A stretch of 63,289 bases of DNA, filler included, from Nemertoderma westbladi (Eukaryota; Animalia; Xenacoelomorpha): NCBI GenBank assembly GCA_032718475.1. It is 3 parts of 3 records of this genome, joined end to end, with 100 filler letters (N's around TTAATTAATTAA, not from the genome) between each part and the next. Parts side by side here need not be neighbours in the genome. Positions count along the whole stretch, not along the records: positions 45,303 to 63,289 come from JAUCBJ010005091.1; 2 more parts are not named here. The stretch is one strand, 5' to 3'. The stretch's first letter is position 1; each line of letters begins with the position of its first letter. The notes under the pieces were generated by a model. It saw only the letters and a program-made list of their open reading frames with translations. It was not told the DNA's origin and ran no database searches. Shown here one piece after another: positions 50,813-63,032 of the stretch. The position numbers were made by a program, and so were the translations under genes.

Positions 50813-51286
50813 TCAATACTGTTAATATGCCATTAAATTCTTCATATCAAAAATATTAATCTGCCATAAATTTAACTCGTCATATACAGTATACTATAAG
50901 AGCTGTTGCTATGGCAATTTTCTCTCCCATATCTGTACAGTAGTACTAAACATCTACTGTATGTAGGGTAGGCCTAGCTCAGTCATATATAAAATATCTA
51001 CGGTGTTATAGGCTGGAGCCTGTATTAACTTACAGTATTTGCAGGTGGAAAATAAATTAGGCCTATATTTAATTTACCAGGGGGTCATACGTAAATTTTA
51101 ACAATAAATACTTCAATTGCAAATTATTTTGTAATTTAAATCTGAAATTTAAATACAAACATAGATTACAGTAGAGTTTGAGGTCTCCATGCATACAGTA
51201 TATAATCATTGTTATAATAAATTAATCTTTGGAAATTAATTATCTTCGTTGAATAATTTTCATAGTCTTCTTATCTTTTTTACTTT

Positions 51287-51503
51287 TCATCCGAAGCATG
51301 GTCTATTCGTCTTAACCTTTTCATTACAGTGTGTGCAATAATAGACGGAATCTTTGAGACAACCGAGACAGCCGCAACAACACAAGCAAAGCGAAATACC
51401 ACACAGCGGGAGAAGCATGCAAAATACAATAAACATCACGAATCCAGTTTCAGGTTGACATATGAAATCTTGACTTCCACAGGCTGGGCAGATCATATCA
51501 TCG
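51287..51503 (-). CDS. LITAF-domain (zinc ribbon) protein, terminal exon, copy 1
   Basis: Acceptor tttcag at 51504-51509; CPAC - hydrophobic Cys-rich segment - KDSVYYCTHC...stop. Confidence 0.85.
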
Positions 51504-51572
51504 CTGAAAGAAATATATTTAACATAAACATTTTTTATAGAGATACTACTGTATATACTATACAGTAAGAAC

Positions 51573-52052
51573 ACGAACGTGGGGACTTCGCGCAGCACCT
51601 TAAGTCCAGATGAGCCTTTACGTAGAAGTAATATTATTATATAATACTATTACACTTACTAGATCCACTAATAAATAGTGGACCTAGTGATTCGCATCCT
51701 AGCGGTAGACAGAGGAACTGTAAAAGTCCGTCTGTAAGCAGAGTTTCTAATTCATCAAACCACGTAGGTTACTCCTACCAAATTTCAGATGAATCTGATG
51801 GTTGGTTCTATAATTACAGCTTCTTTTACGCTGTCGATTCACTCCCTAGCGGCAGACATATGAACTATATAAGTTTGTCTGTTTATAGAATTTCTAAACA
51901 TTTTATAGACTACATATGTACCAAGTTTGGTTCCATTTCATCAAAGATTGACTGTCTTATTAGCGTTCAAAAATTTCCGACAGCGACGGACGGGTCCACT
52001 AATTATACCCCTACGCTTCGGCTCACCTGGACTTACGTGGCTCGCCCCACAT
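51573..52052. mobile_element. Insertion in the LITAF intron (imperfect ~50-bp terminal IRs around a Helentron-like core)
   Basis: Absent from the paralogous intron near 63080-63100; ends gtgggg...aagtccagatgagcc / ggctcacctggactt...ccccac; inner tagtggacc/ggtccacta IR. Confidence 0.75.
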
Positions 52053-52362
52053 TTATTCTTTGAAAATTCAGGACAATTATAACATTATGGTTAAATCTGT
52101 ACCAAACTGAACAGTACGACCGAAAAGATGGCGCATTGGACCAAACAGGACCGCCAAATAAAAGGACAAAAATCAACGCCTCATGAAATTTTGTTGATTA
52201 AACAAATATTTAGCTAAAATTGATTTCCTACAATATTTCTAATATTTGTTTATTGTTTTGGTTCCTTTTACAAATCTCTCCATCTTGCTCCAATTTTAAT
52301 AGGTGCAGATATATACTGTAAATTATAATGACCATTCTTGTCACATTTCTTTGTGTCAAAAG

Positions 52363-52546
52363 GTTGGAAGTCTGACGCACTAATTCCGCTAGCGGCTAAT
52401 GTAAAAGGTAGACCTGGAAATGTAGACCTGTGGAGGTAGAGCCACGATAGTGTAAATTGCGGACATACAAGGTATCAGCTTGTATTTCCAGGTCTACCTT
52501 TTGCTTGAGCCGGTAGCGGAAAGACTAGAACGCCAGACTTCCAACA
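52363..52546. repeat. Palindromic MITE-like element; related single arm at about 57150-57202
   Basis: gttggaagtctg...aaaaggtagacctggaaat / atttccaggtctacctttt...cagacttccaac. Confidence 0.8.
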
Positions 52547-52885
52547 TATATTACTTTGGTATAGATGATATAAATAATCGATGTCGCAGATACACGTTTT
52601 TTATTAATCGCCACTGCCCCATCGCGGGAAAACGTTTCCGAAGAATATCCGAGATGTCGGTTTGTGTCGCCATAATAGTCGGACATATCGCCGAGGTCTT
52701 CTGGATCCTTTGAACCGTAAATATCAGCTGTGTCTGCATGTCTATGATTCAGCTTATCGATTTGCCACTGGGTCTATGGCCATCAGCGGTTTATGGCATC
52801 GCATAACTTCGATGCCAGAAATTGATCTTCTTGCTTAGGATCCTGCATCAGCACTGGAAGAATAGCAAATATTCTCTGTGAGAAT

Positions 52886-54560
52886 TGGAAGTAATAATCC
52901 AACTGGAAGTAATAATCCAACTGGAAGTAATAATCCAACTGGAAGTAATAATCCACTGGAAGTAATAATCCAACTGGAAGTAATAATCCACTGGAAGTAA
53001 TAATCCAACTGGAAGTAATAATCCAACTGGAAGTAATAATCCAACTGGAAGTAATAATCCAACTGGAAGTAATAATCCAACTGGAAGTAATAATCCAACT
53101 GGAAGTAATAATCCAACTGGAAGTAATAATCCAACTGGAAGTAATAATCCAACTGGAAGTAATAATCCAACTGGAAGTAATAATCCAACTGGAAGTAATA
53201 ATCCAACTGGAAGAAAAAATCCAACTGGAACTAATAATTCAACTGGAAGTTATAATCCAACTGGAAGAAAAAATCCAACTGGAAGTTATAATCCAACTGG
53301 AAGAAAAAATCCAACTGGAAGTAATAATTCAACTGGAAGTTATAATCCAACTGGAAGAAAAAATCCAACTGGAAGTTATAATCCAACTGGAAGAAAAAAT
53401 CCAACTGGAAGTAATAATTCAACTGGAAGTTATAATCCAACTGGAAGAAAAAATCCAACTGGAAGTAATAATTCAACTGGAAGTTATAATCCAACTGGAA
53501 GAAAAAATCCAACTGGAAGTAATAATTCAACTGGAAGTTATAATCCAACTGGAAGAAAAAATCCAACTGGAAGTAATAATTCAACTGGAAGTTATAATCC
53601 AACTGGAAGAAAAACTCCAACTGGAAGTTATAATCCAACTGGAAGTAATAATCCAACTGGAAGTTATAATCCAACTGGAAGAAAAAATCCAACCGGAAGT
53701 AATAATCCAACTGGAAGTAATAATCCAACTGGAAGTAATAATCCAACTGGAAGTAATAATCCAACTGGAAGTAATAATCAAACTGGAAGTAATAATCCAA
53801 CTGGAAGTAATAATCCAACTGGAAGTAATAATCCAACTGGAAGTAATAATCCAACTGGAAGTAATAATCCAACTGGAAGTAATAATCCAACTGGAAGTAA
53901 TAATCCAACTGGAAGTAATAATCCAACTGGAAGTAATAATCCAACTGGAAGTAATAATCCAACTGGAAGTAATAATCCAACTGGAAGTAATAATCCAACT
54001 GGAAGTAATAATCCAACTGGAAGTAATAATCCAACTGGAAGTAATAATCCAACTGGAAGTTATAATCCAACTGGAAGAAATAATCCAACTGGAAGAAATA
54101 ATCCAACTGGAAGTAATAATCCAACTGGAAGTAATAATCCAACTGGAAGTAATAATACAAATGGAAGTAATAATCCAACTGGAAGTAATAATCCAACTGG
54201 AAGTAATAATCCAACTGGAAGTAATAATCCAACTGGAAGATATAATCCAACTGGAAGATATAATCCAACTGGAAGTAATAATCCAACTGGAAGTAATAAT
54301 CCACTGGAAGTAATAATCCACTGGAAGTAATAATCCAACTGGAAGTAATAATCCAACTGGAAGTAATAATCCAACTGGAAGTAATAATCCAACTGGAAGT
54401 AATAATCCAACTGGAAGTTATAATCCAACTGGAAGAAAAAATCCAACTGGAAGTAATAATCCAACTGGAAGTAATAATCCAACTGGAAGTAATAATCCAA
54501 CTGGAAGTAATAATCCAACTGGAAGTAATAATCCAACTGGAAGTAATAATCCAACTGGAA
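52886..54560. repeat. 18-bp satellite (aataatccaactggaagt), about 90 copies, with a 54-bp higher-order zone
   Basis: Directly visible; variant units alternate at about 53210-53700. Confidence 0.97.
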
Positions 54561-54649
54561 AGTACTGTAATAATATTAGAAGACAATATTACAGTAGTAT
54601 ATTGTCCCCATGTTTTTTCTGATATTATTGGTTCAATAACAACTTATAT

Positions 54650-54935
54650 ACTGTACAGTAGTTTGCAAGCCAAGCAGCAGCTTGGTCTAGTGGTGACATT
54701 CCTGGGCTTCCAATTAGGGAGCCCTGGTTCGATCCCTAGATGGGGCAGCACTGTTTGGCACAGTGCTGCTTTAAATGCTGCAGCCTAGCTCAACCCCGGC
54801 TTTCATCCTTCAGTGGTCAAAAAATGGGAACCAAGGCAACTTGGGAAACAGAGTGCAAGGGTTTACTGTGGAAGATCACCCATGGTGGTGAACAGGCATT
54901 CCTTGGCTTGACGAGCCTAAAAGTTTCTCCCATTC
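54650..54935 (+). mobile_element. tRNA-derived SINE with 14-bp TSD
   Basis: A-box tggtctagtgg, B-box ggttcgatccc; TSD ataacaacttatat at 54636-54649 and 54936-54949; central caaccccggctttcatccttc..ggtc..aaaatg resembles a conserved SINE core (Meta-domain-like, by recall). 3' fragment of the same family at 57403-57465. Confidence 0.88.
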
Positions 54936-55089
54936 ATAACAACTTATATGACAGGTTTAGTAGCGATTTCGGCGATGGTCGCGGTAGGTTGAGTTGAGAT
55001 TATCCCACCATGTTGATTTTCAGTTTTCTCGTTTTGTTGTTTCCTAGAATGCTATAGTAGATTACTTCAATTAATTTGTCCAATTATTT

Positions 55090-56600
55090 TTATCCACATG
55101 CTCAAGCTCACCATCATTCACAATTCATCCATCACAACCAGATATTTACTACGGACTGGCGAAGTTAATCTTGGAGTTAAAAATAGACCAACACTAGAAG
55201 CAGCATTTTCTAATGAGCTTGAAGCCGAATTACTTACTATAAGGAGCCGTTGGGCTCCCTCTAGTGAATCTGAGAGTACTCCAAAGTCATCAGCAAAGTC
55301 CAGATCAGTTAGGTACTTGGCAGGATTTCCTCGACTTCTGGAGCCAGTAGGTGGTGTTACCAACACCCTATCGTCATTATGATGATCTAAGGACATGCGT
55401 AGGACATAGTCAACCACAATTATGAATGGTGCAAGCGTGTCACCCTGGAAGACTCCCCATAAGTAACCGTCGAACTATCGTATACTGATCGAATTGCTGC
55501 AGTAGCAACAAAGATAACAGCCAGATGTCTGCTTGTCTTTGTAGACAACTCTTCAATTATCCTTTTAAGTGCCAAAATTGGCTCCCTGGTCCCACTTTAG
55601 GGAACCCCTTCTGATTTCCACGGAGCAGTCTCTCTATGGGATCCCCGATGCGATATAATAAAATTATTATATTCTATAGCTTTACAGCAGTCGAGATCAA
55701 CGAGATTAAACGAAAAGAACCATAGAATGTTAGGTTGTCCTTCTTATGAACTGGCACCAACTTGTTTGCTTTCATTTCTTGTGGGACTCTCGTCGTTCTG
55801 TACATGACTATTATGGTGGGATTAATGTGCTCCAAACGCAAAGTTATACTAAAGGACACCATCTACTCCACTAACACGATCGGTCTTAATCCTCTTTGCA
55901 GCATCCTTGACTTCATGAAAGGGGATGGGTACATTCGGATACTCAGACACTTTTTATTCAACAAATTTTTAAATCAGGCAATAAATACCCTGTCATTATT
56001 TAGGAGCTTCTCAAAGTGGTCCTTCCAACCATTAAGTCGATCAGCTGTAGATTCAGCCTTAACCTTGGTGATTGGTTGGATTTTCCCCGCCCATGTAGCA
56101 AGTTGATAGATTTCCATGCCTGGGTTTGTTGCCTGTTGTCATCAGCATCATTGATGGCATTAACCTGGTGATTGATAAGCTCCTGTAGATTATCAGAGTA
56201 TTATTGCCTATTCAGGGATTTAGAAGCAGCCCTAACTGCTGCAGTCCTTGCTGCCGTGTAGTGTGTTTGAGCATGGAGTCTTTCTGTGGCTTTCTGAAAT
56301 CGCTTCTGCATTTCCTAATTCAGTGGTCTGTCCAGTGTGCCCATTTCTGTTTCGAGAGTATACAGGAACTGTACTGTAGCTGCTGCCTTAACTGCTTCTG
56401 TGAAGGCAGTATAGCCCTCGCAGTGTTCTGCCGCTTCAGAGGTAAGAACCTCATACCTGTTGCTCAGCTGTAACTTAGCTGTAAAAGCTGGAACCCACAC
56501 TACTGGGCTGTTGCAACAGAGAGGATCAATCTTGCCGAGGCTAGTCTTGTGACTTGCCTTAGGTTCACCATTGTATTGGCTTTGTTGGTCGGGGTGGAAC
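55090..56600 (-). mobile_element. Heavily deleted, degenerate copy of the first RTE family
   Basis: PPTGSRSRGNPAKYLTDLDFADD, RVPQEMK.NKLVPV, LQLSNRYE fragments. Confidence 0.88.
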
Positions 56601-57891
56601 GGGAGACCAACATGCTATCATCTCATGCTGATTCCCTACTACTGTACAGTAGGCCTACAGTACCTGTAGCTGGACTCGACAATACAAAACAATAAACAAT
56701 TCAAAAATGAAATAATTATCCTGTTTAAAATTTGTAATAAACTTATACTGTATTATATAGCCTACTGTATGTATATAAGCCTATATAAGTAGAAGTACCG
56801 CAATTTTCTTTTCTGGCGGCAACATTACTTTTATGTGAAATGCATAGCCCTGCTTGTCACTCAATTTTAACCGGTAATATGCATAATTGACTCACTTTCC
56901 GTCTGGATAATTCATATTGGCTGTATGGACTTCGACTTTTTATGGGGGGTTGGGGTTAGTTACTGGGATCTCAGCAATTACATATAAATAAAGTCTAAGT
57001 AAGATATATTTTGGGGTGACAATATTGAATTCAACATTTGTAAAGCAAGTATTATTACAGAACAAAGAAAATATTGCAAAACTACAGAAAACATCCGCTT
57101 GCGATGGATGGGAGAATGAGGACGTAAACTGTGTCCAGGTAGCAGGTAGTACTTCCTGGTCCACCTTCTATCTGAATCGTTAGAGCGACAGACTTCCAAC
57201 CTGGAGTGCACACGTTCGATTCCACCTGGGCTTCAATGTCGAGTTTGCTAAACACTGCCCGACGCAAAGTATACCGATAAAATGATTCTAGAGATTAAAT
57301 GTGAAAAATGTGAAATTTTAATCTGGAACCCATAGTAACCCCCCGCCCCCTAATACAGGTAGACCCTATTGAAATCTATTGCTGGTTTGATTAGTTGCTA
57401 TTCAACTTGGGAAACCCCTTGAGGCATTCCTTGGCTTAATGATCCTAAAAGAATCTCCCATTCATTAGTAGCTATTCAAAAAGACACATTGCACACAGAC
57501 AAGGAGATCCAGAGGTGTGATTTGTAAGAGTACAGTACCGGTAAGCGAACGGATGCTGACTACCTGAAACTGAATACAAAAATGGCATTACTACAGTACA
57601 GTATGACCCGGTTGGTACTGGTGCAGTATGCGTACAACCCCCACCAATTTTTTTATACTAATTACACGTAGTTTTTGATAATTTCTTTTTTTGAAATGTT
57701 CTAGAACATGTTAGCTATTTGTTTATAAAAAATAATGTTCAGAACAAATATTTTCATTCTGGAACATCTTTTTAGAAAAAAAACAAGGTTAGTATTAAAA
57801 TCTTAGGAGTTCGTTACATCAACAGTATTTAGCATTTAAGTGATTCTTTTAACATTATTCTCTTTTACAAAAACTAGCTAGTCTTGTACTG

Positions 57892-58468
57892 GGCACCACT
57901 GTGGAGTGGGTCACCATTTATTTTTTAATTTTCTACAATTATATATTTACTATTTTTTACACACACTATAAACATTAGTTTTGTTTATTAGAATAAGTGA
58001 ATTTGAAATGTTGCTTGAGTCACTGTGTAGGGAATGATTTCTTGATTAAATCGATAAAATCAGTAAATGGAGAAACTTTGTGCAGCATCCTCCAACGAAA
58101 CTCGGCGAGATGGTTTTCGAGCAACAAGTTCTTCGTTCCAACATGTTTGCAAGAACTTTTACTAGTGGGTATGGGTAACAGGCCACAGGATTGTGCAAAT
58201 GTTATCGCACTCCCCTCATCTTTTAAATTTTGGGAAATTTCTATAATATTTAAATCAGTGGACTGTCTCGAATATAAATGTCTTTGAATGTTTGTACTCA
58301 TAATGTCAAAAAACACAAATGAATCTTTAAAATATGAAATGAATATAAACGTTCTAGAATTGTGTTGTAGTTGGAAACAATATTTAAATAAACTTAGTAC
58401 ACTTATAATATCGGTTAAAATACACAATAAAAAAAAATTAAAATGGTGACCCACTCCACAGTGGTGCC
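57892..58468 (-). mobile_element. Merlin internal-deletion derivative (577 bp)
   Basis: Perfect 28-bp TIR ggcaccactgtggagtgggtcaccattt; perfect 9-bp TSD cttgtactg at 57883-57891 and 58469-58477; ORF 58020-58301 fuses the Merlin-like N-terminus (AITFAQSCGLLP) to the C-terminus (HLAEFRWR...PF). Confidence 0.92.
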
Positions 58469-58840
58469 CTTGTACTGTACACTATGTGCTAATAAATAAT
58501 GAATTGTGTCATGAATTGTGCTTAGAAAACGTTCCGGGTACTAGAAGCATAAAGGTCTTATGTGTCTCAAATTTGTAGGCCTATGTATTGGGTGCCCACT
58601 TTTTGACCAATTTTTTCAAGGCTTTTATCATGAGGTTTATATATGACCTTCTGACACTAAGATGGTAGCTAGTAATGTTGATTTTGTGTTAGCTAGTACT
58701 TTATATTAGCTAGTATAAAAATAAAAATTGAAAATTTTAAAAAATATTGACAACTTTTTTATTGTGTAAATTGCTTTTATCCTTGCTTTTATTATTTATT
58801 AGCTACCATTAACTTTACTAGCTATCATCATAATTTAATT

Positions 58841-60900
58841 ACTACTACTACTGTACTAAGTCGAGCGAACTCGGACAGTGGAAATGAGATCCTTCCAGGC
58901 TTCCCGATTCTCCATAGTTGTCGCAATTTCGTTTCTCCCAAGTTCAGTATCCCTTTCAAGTTGATTTATATATGTTATGGCCGGTCGTCCGCGACTACGC
59001 TTTCCATGAGTTGGTTGCCAGAAAAGTAGATCTGGTATGACCTTGTCTTTACTTCGCCAGCAGTGCCCACTGAATCTTAATCTGCGTTCACGGAGGGTGG
59101 TTGATACAGGTGGTATTGTACCATAAAGCTCGGCGTTTGTCATGTGTTGTCTCCAGCTGATGTTTAGGGCTGCCCTTAGTAGTCTTGTGTAGCAACCATC
59201 AATTCGTTGTTCAAGTGATTTAGTCAGTGTCCAGGTCTCACCCCCGTATAAAAATACACTTTCCACTGTGGCTCGAAAGAACTTAGTCTTCAGGTGCCTG
59301 GGGAGATCTGATTTCCAGATGGTATCCATTTTTGATAGAGCTACCCAAGCCTTTGCTTTCCTAACTTCTATGTCCTTTTTGCTACTCTCTATCCATGATC
59401 CTAGGTACTCGAAGTCGTCAACCTTCCTTAGTTGATAATTATCAATTGTTGTCAAGTTTCCATCAACATTAAAGGTCATGAATTCGGTCTTGGTAGCATT
59501 TATATGCAATCCAACCTCCTTAGCAGCCCTATCCACTTTATTCAGTAGAAGCTGTGCATCTGCTAGCGTATTAGAGAGCAGGGCGATGTCATCCGCGAAG
59601 TCGGTGTCTGTGACTGTAGTTGCCGGATATCTACTACTTCTGCGTTCTTGAAGTGTGAATCCCAGATCTTCACCCTTTGTGGCCGTCCTCATTGCGTAAT
59701 CCAGTACAATTACAAATAGTAATGGTGCTAATGTGTCACCTTGCAGTACGCCAGCCAGGATTGAGAGAAACTCAGTTTCACCATCTGGTGAGAGTACCTG
59801 TGCTTCTGTGTCATAATATAACAATCCAATGCCAGCAACGATTACTTCTGGTATTCCATAAGCTCTTAGGATTTCAAGCATTTTGCCTCTATGGATGTAG
59901 TCGAATGCCTTCCTGAAGTCCACAAAAGTCATGACTGCGGGGAGATTCTTTGACTTGATTCCTTCAATCAGTCTCCGCAGTGCAAGTATCTGAGCTATTG
60001 TTGATCTACTGTACTTGGTCGAAATCCGTTTTGGCTCTTACGCAGTAGCTTCTCTATGTGAGGCCTAATCCTATATAGAATCATTTTATTGTATATTTTG
60101 GCAGCTACCACAAGCAGACACATCCCACGATAGTTTGTTGGTATGCCGAGGTCTCCTTTCTTGGGGAGAGGCTTTAGTTGACCTTTAGTCCAAATTGGTG
60201 GAGGCTTTTCCCCTTTTAACATCCGGTTGCAAACATTCAATAATGGTCTGTTTAGCACTCCTGTTTTCCATACCTCCGCTGGAATTTCATCTAATCCACT
60301 CGCTTTATTATTGGACATGCTTTTAATGCTTCTTTGGAGTTCGGCAGGTGTGAAGTCCCCTGTCTCTATAGGTTAGTGTCTTGTCATATATTTTCCTTGT
60401 AGGCCTGACCTCGATGTTTGGTGGCTGCCCAAGCAAGTTGCTGAAGTGATTTTTCCACTTCCCAACACGTTCTTCGGGACTACCGGCTTTGAGGCGCCCC
60501 TTTGCACAACTTTTCCGACCAGATACCTCATTCACAGTTTGCCAGGTAAGTCTTGATTGTTGCTGTATGTGAGTAGTTGTAATTGCTTACATTTTACCCT
60601 GTATGTACTTTTCCTGGTTGATGTTGTAGGCCAATTTAAGATCGTCCTTAGCTTTCTCAACCTTGTTAATGTTTTCGGTTGTTGGTTGTTCGGTTTTTAC
60701 TTTGTAGGCTATCTTAAGATCTTCTCTCTTACAGGTAACCTCAGAGTTTTGCCATGGCACATACTGTTTTCGTCTGGATTTCTGGGGGATATGCCTCTTA
60801 GCTGATTCCTTGTAGGTTTTATTATATTCTGGTATATTGAATCGGTAGACTGGTCTTCATCCATTGACTGAAGTGCTTCAAAGCGGTTTTGAACTTCTAC
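58841..60900 (-). mobile_element. Second RTE-clade LINE family, 5'-truncated and frameshifted
   Basis: FVDFRKAFD, GVLQGDTLAP, DTDFADDI, YLGSWI, RRLRFSGHCWR, GRP; upstream fragments KASGLDEIP and KSQNGFR; (TAG)n tail at 58841-58851. Confidence 0.9.
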
Positions 60901-61000
60901 TGCATCTCCCTTTATTTATACTGTAGTACGCCTTTTGCGCCTCCGAACTACAATTTAGGCCTAAAGTACTACATTACTACAGTACTACACATGAGTACTA

Positions 61001-61840
61001 CAGTACCATCTCGTTGTGCCTGTGGGGAGCGATTTTCCGCTTCTCATATCCTGTCGTGCCCCACTGGAGAGTTTCCCTCTATAAGGCACAACGAGATCCG
61101 AGACTTCGTCGCCGACTCCCTGACCGAGGTGGCTCACAATGTGGCTGTTGAGCCAATGCTCCTGCCACTGTCGGTTGAGCAGTTCACCCTCCGATCCACC
61201 TCGACCGACCAGCAGGCGAGACTGGACGTTTCGGTGAGCGGATTCTGGGGCAACCGCTTCCAGAAGACGTTCATCGACGTCTCAGTCTTCAACCCGCTGG
61301 CCGCCACCAACGCCGCCATGACGTTGGACGCCGCCCATCGCCACCATGAAGACCGGAAGGCCAGGAAGTATGAGGAGCGAGTGAGGGAAGTTGAACACGG
61401 CAACTTCACTCCCCTCATCTTCACGGCCTTCGGTGGGATGGCTCCAACCGCCACCCAGTTCGTCTCCCGCCTCGCGCACAAGATCCCCGATAAGCGGGAG
61501 ATCCGTTACTCAGATAGCGTGACCTGGGTGCGCCGGCGTCTCAGTTTCGCCCTCCTCCGTTCCTCCCTCCTCTGTCTGCGGGGGTGTCGGTCGGCAGCGC
61601 GCCGCCCTGTGCGCTGCAATATCGCCGACACCTCCATCCGTCTGACCAACGCAGCAGTGGACACTACCGGTACTATTAACTAACTGCAAACGGAAAACTG
61701 CAGTAGACAGGCAAATAGGCCCTCACTACCCTACTGTACATATTCAAATGTTGTCCAAGTATTGCCGTGTGTATATAGTTTCTTGAGTTATTTTTATAAT
61801 ATAATATATGTATCGAGTAGTAGTAAAAAAAAAAAAAAAA
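61001..61840 (+). mobile_element. 3' end of an RLE-type (CRE-like) non-LTR retrotransposon
   Basis: CACG...H..SC zinc knuckle, RHNEIRD, RLDV...FIDV...K..KY restriction-like endonuclease (stop at 61683), GC-rich, poly(A) at 61825-61840. Confidence 0.8.
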
Positions 61841-62013
61841 CTACAGTACTACTACACTACAGTACTACATACTACACTACTGTATACTGTAAGTTCAAAT
61901 ATAAAACTGTATAACTATAGATTATTTGGCTAGAGTTCCGTATAGAACTGCATTTTTAAAACATATGCCATTGTTACTATGGCAACATTGAAGAGTTATA
62001 GAACAATAGAAAA

Positions 62014-62282
62014 GTATTATAAACTATTCTAGAACATAAATAAAATACAAAATATAATGTTCTAGAACATATAGCTAGTTTTTTTTAATTTTAAAATAGC
62101 TAGTAAATTTTAAAAAAACATCCAATTTGGTAGATAAATTTTTCTAATATACCGGTATAAATATTATAAATAAATAAATTTTTTTGTATTACTAGCTATT
62201 TTAAATTTGAAAAATAACTAGCTATATGTTCTAGAACATTATATTATTTGTATTATTTATGCTCTAGAATAGTGTATAATAC
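62014..62282. repeat. AT-rich foldback palindrome
   Basis: tataatgttctagaacatatagctagtt / aactagctatatgttctagaacattata arms with further mirrored motifs. Confidence 0.8.
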
Positions 62283-62815
62283 ATATAATATTACATAAAT
62301 AAAATAAAAAGTAATAATGTTCTAATATTGGAGCCTCTTCAACTGACAATTGGACAGACAGATCAACATCTGGTTAATCTACCGTTAGCACTAATCATCT
62401 CTGCACTAAACCAAGGCAATCCAAAGCTGTAAAAGTGCGCCCTTTTTAGAGTTCATTGTCCCTTCTTACTGTACTAATATAACCTCCAACTATTATCATT
62501 GCATAAAAATTAGCATTTAGGTAATGTCAATACGCAGTATCTAGTCAGCCTCAACACACTATATTGTTTGCTCAGTCTCTGCCAATAATGTATTCAAATG
62601 TAAATTCAAATATATGTTATATTTCGTTTAACACCTAAATGATTAAATTGCAAATTATTTTGTAATTTAAATATGAAATTTAAATAGGAACATCGATTAC
62701 AGTAGAGTTAGAGGTCTCTCTATACAGTATAATCATTGTTATAATAAATTAATCTTTGGAAATTAGTAATTTTATTCGTTAAATAGTTTTATTTTTCTTC
62801 TTATCTTTTTAGTTT

Positions 62816-63032
62816 TCATCCGATGCATGCTTGAATCGTCTTAACCTTTTCATTACAGTGTGTGCAATAATAGACGGTATCTTTCAGACATTCTAGACAG
62901 CCGCACTTATAACAGCAAAACGTAAAAATACACCCCGGCCAAAGGATACAAAGTGCAATAATCATAATCAATCCAATTCGACTTTTCGCTATGACATTGC
63001 TTCTTCCGCAGGTTGGGCAGATCATATCATCG
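62816..63032 (-). CDS. LITAF-domain protein, terminal exon, copy 2
   Basis: Same 217-bp exon length and acceptor as copy 1; CPTC...KDTVYYCTHC. Confidence 0.85.

Noticed and set aside
52835-54586. Long ORFs (LDYYFQ)n, (SSWIIT)n and plus-strand (TGSNNP)n
   Set aside because: Translation of an 18-bp satellite; 17-bp units shift frames and there is no unique coding sequence.
54673-54746. Functional tRNA-Gly gene
   Set aside because: Stems are imperfect and it is the head of a TSD-bounded SINE.
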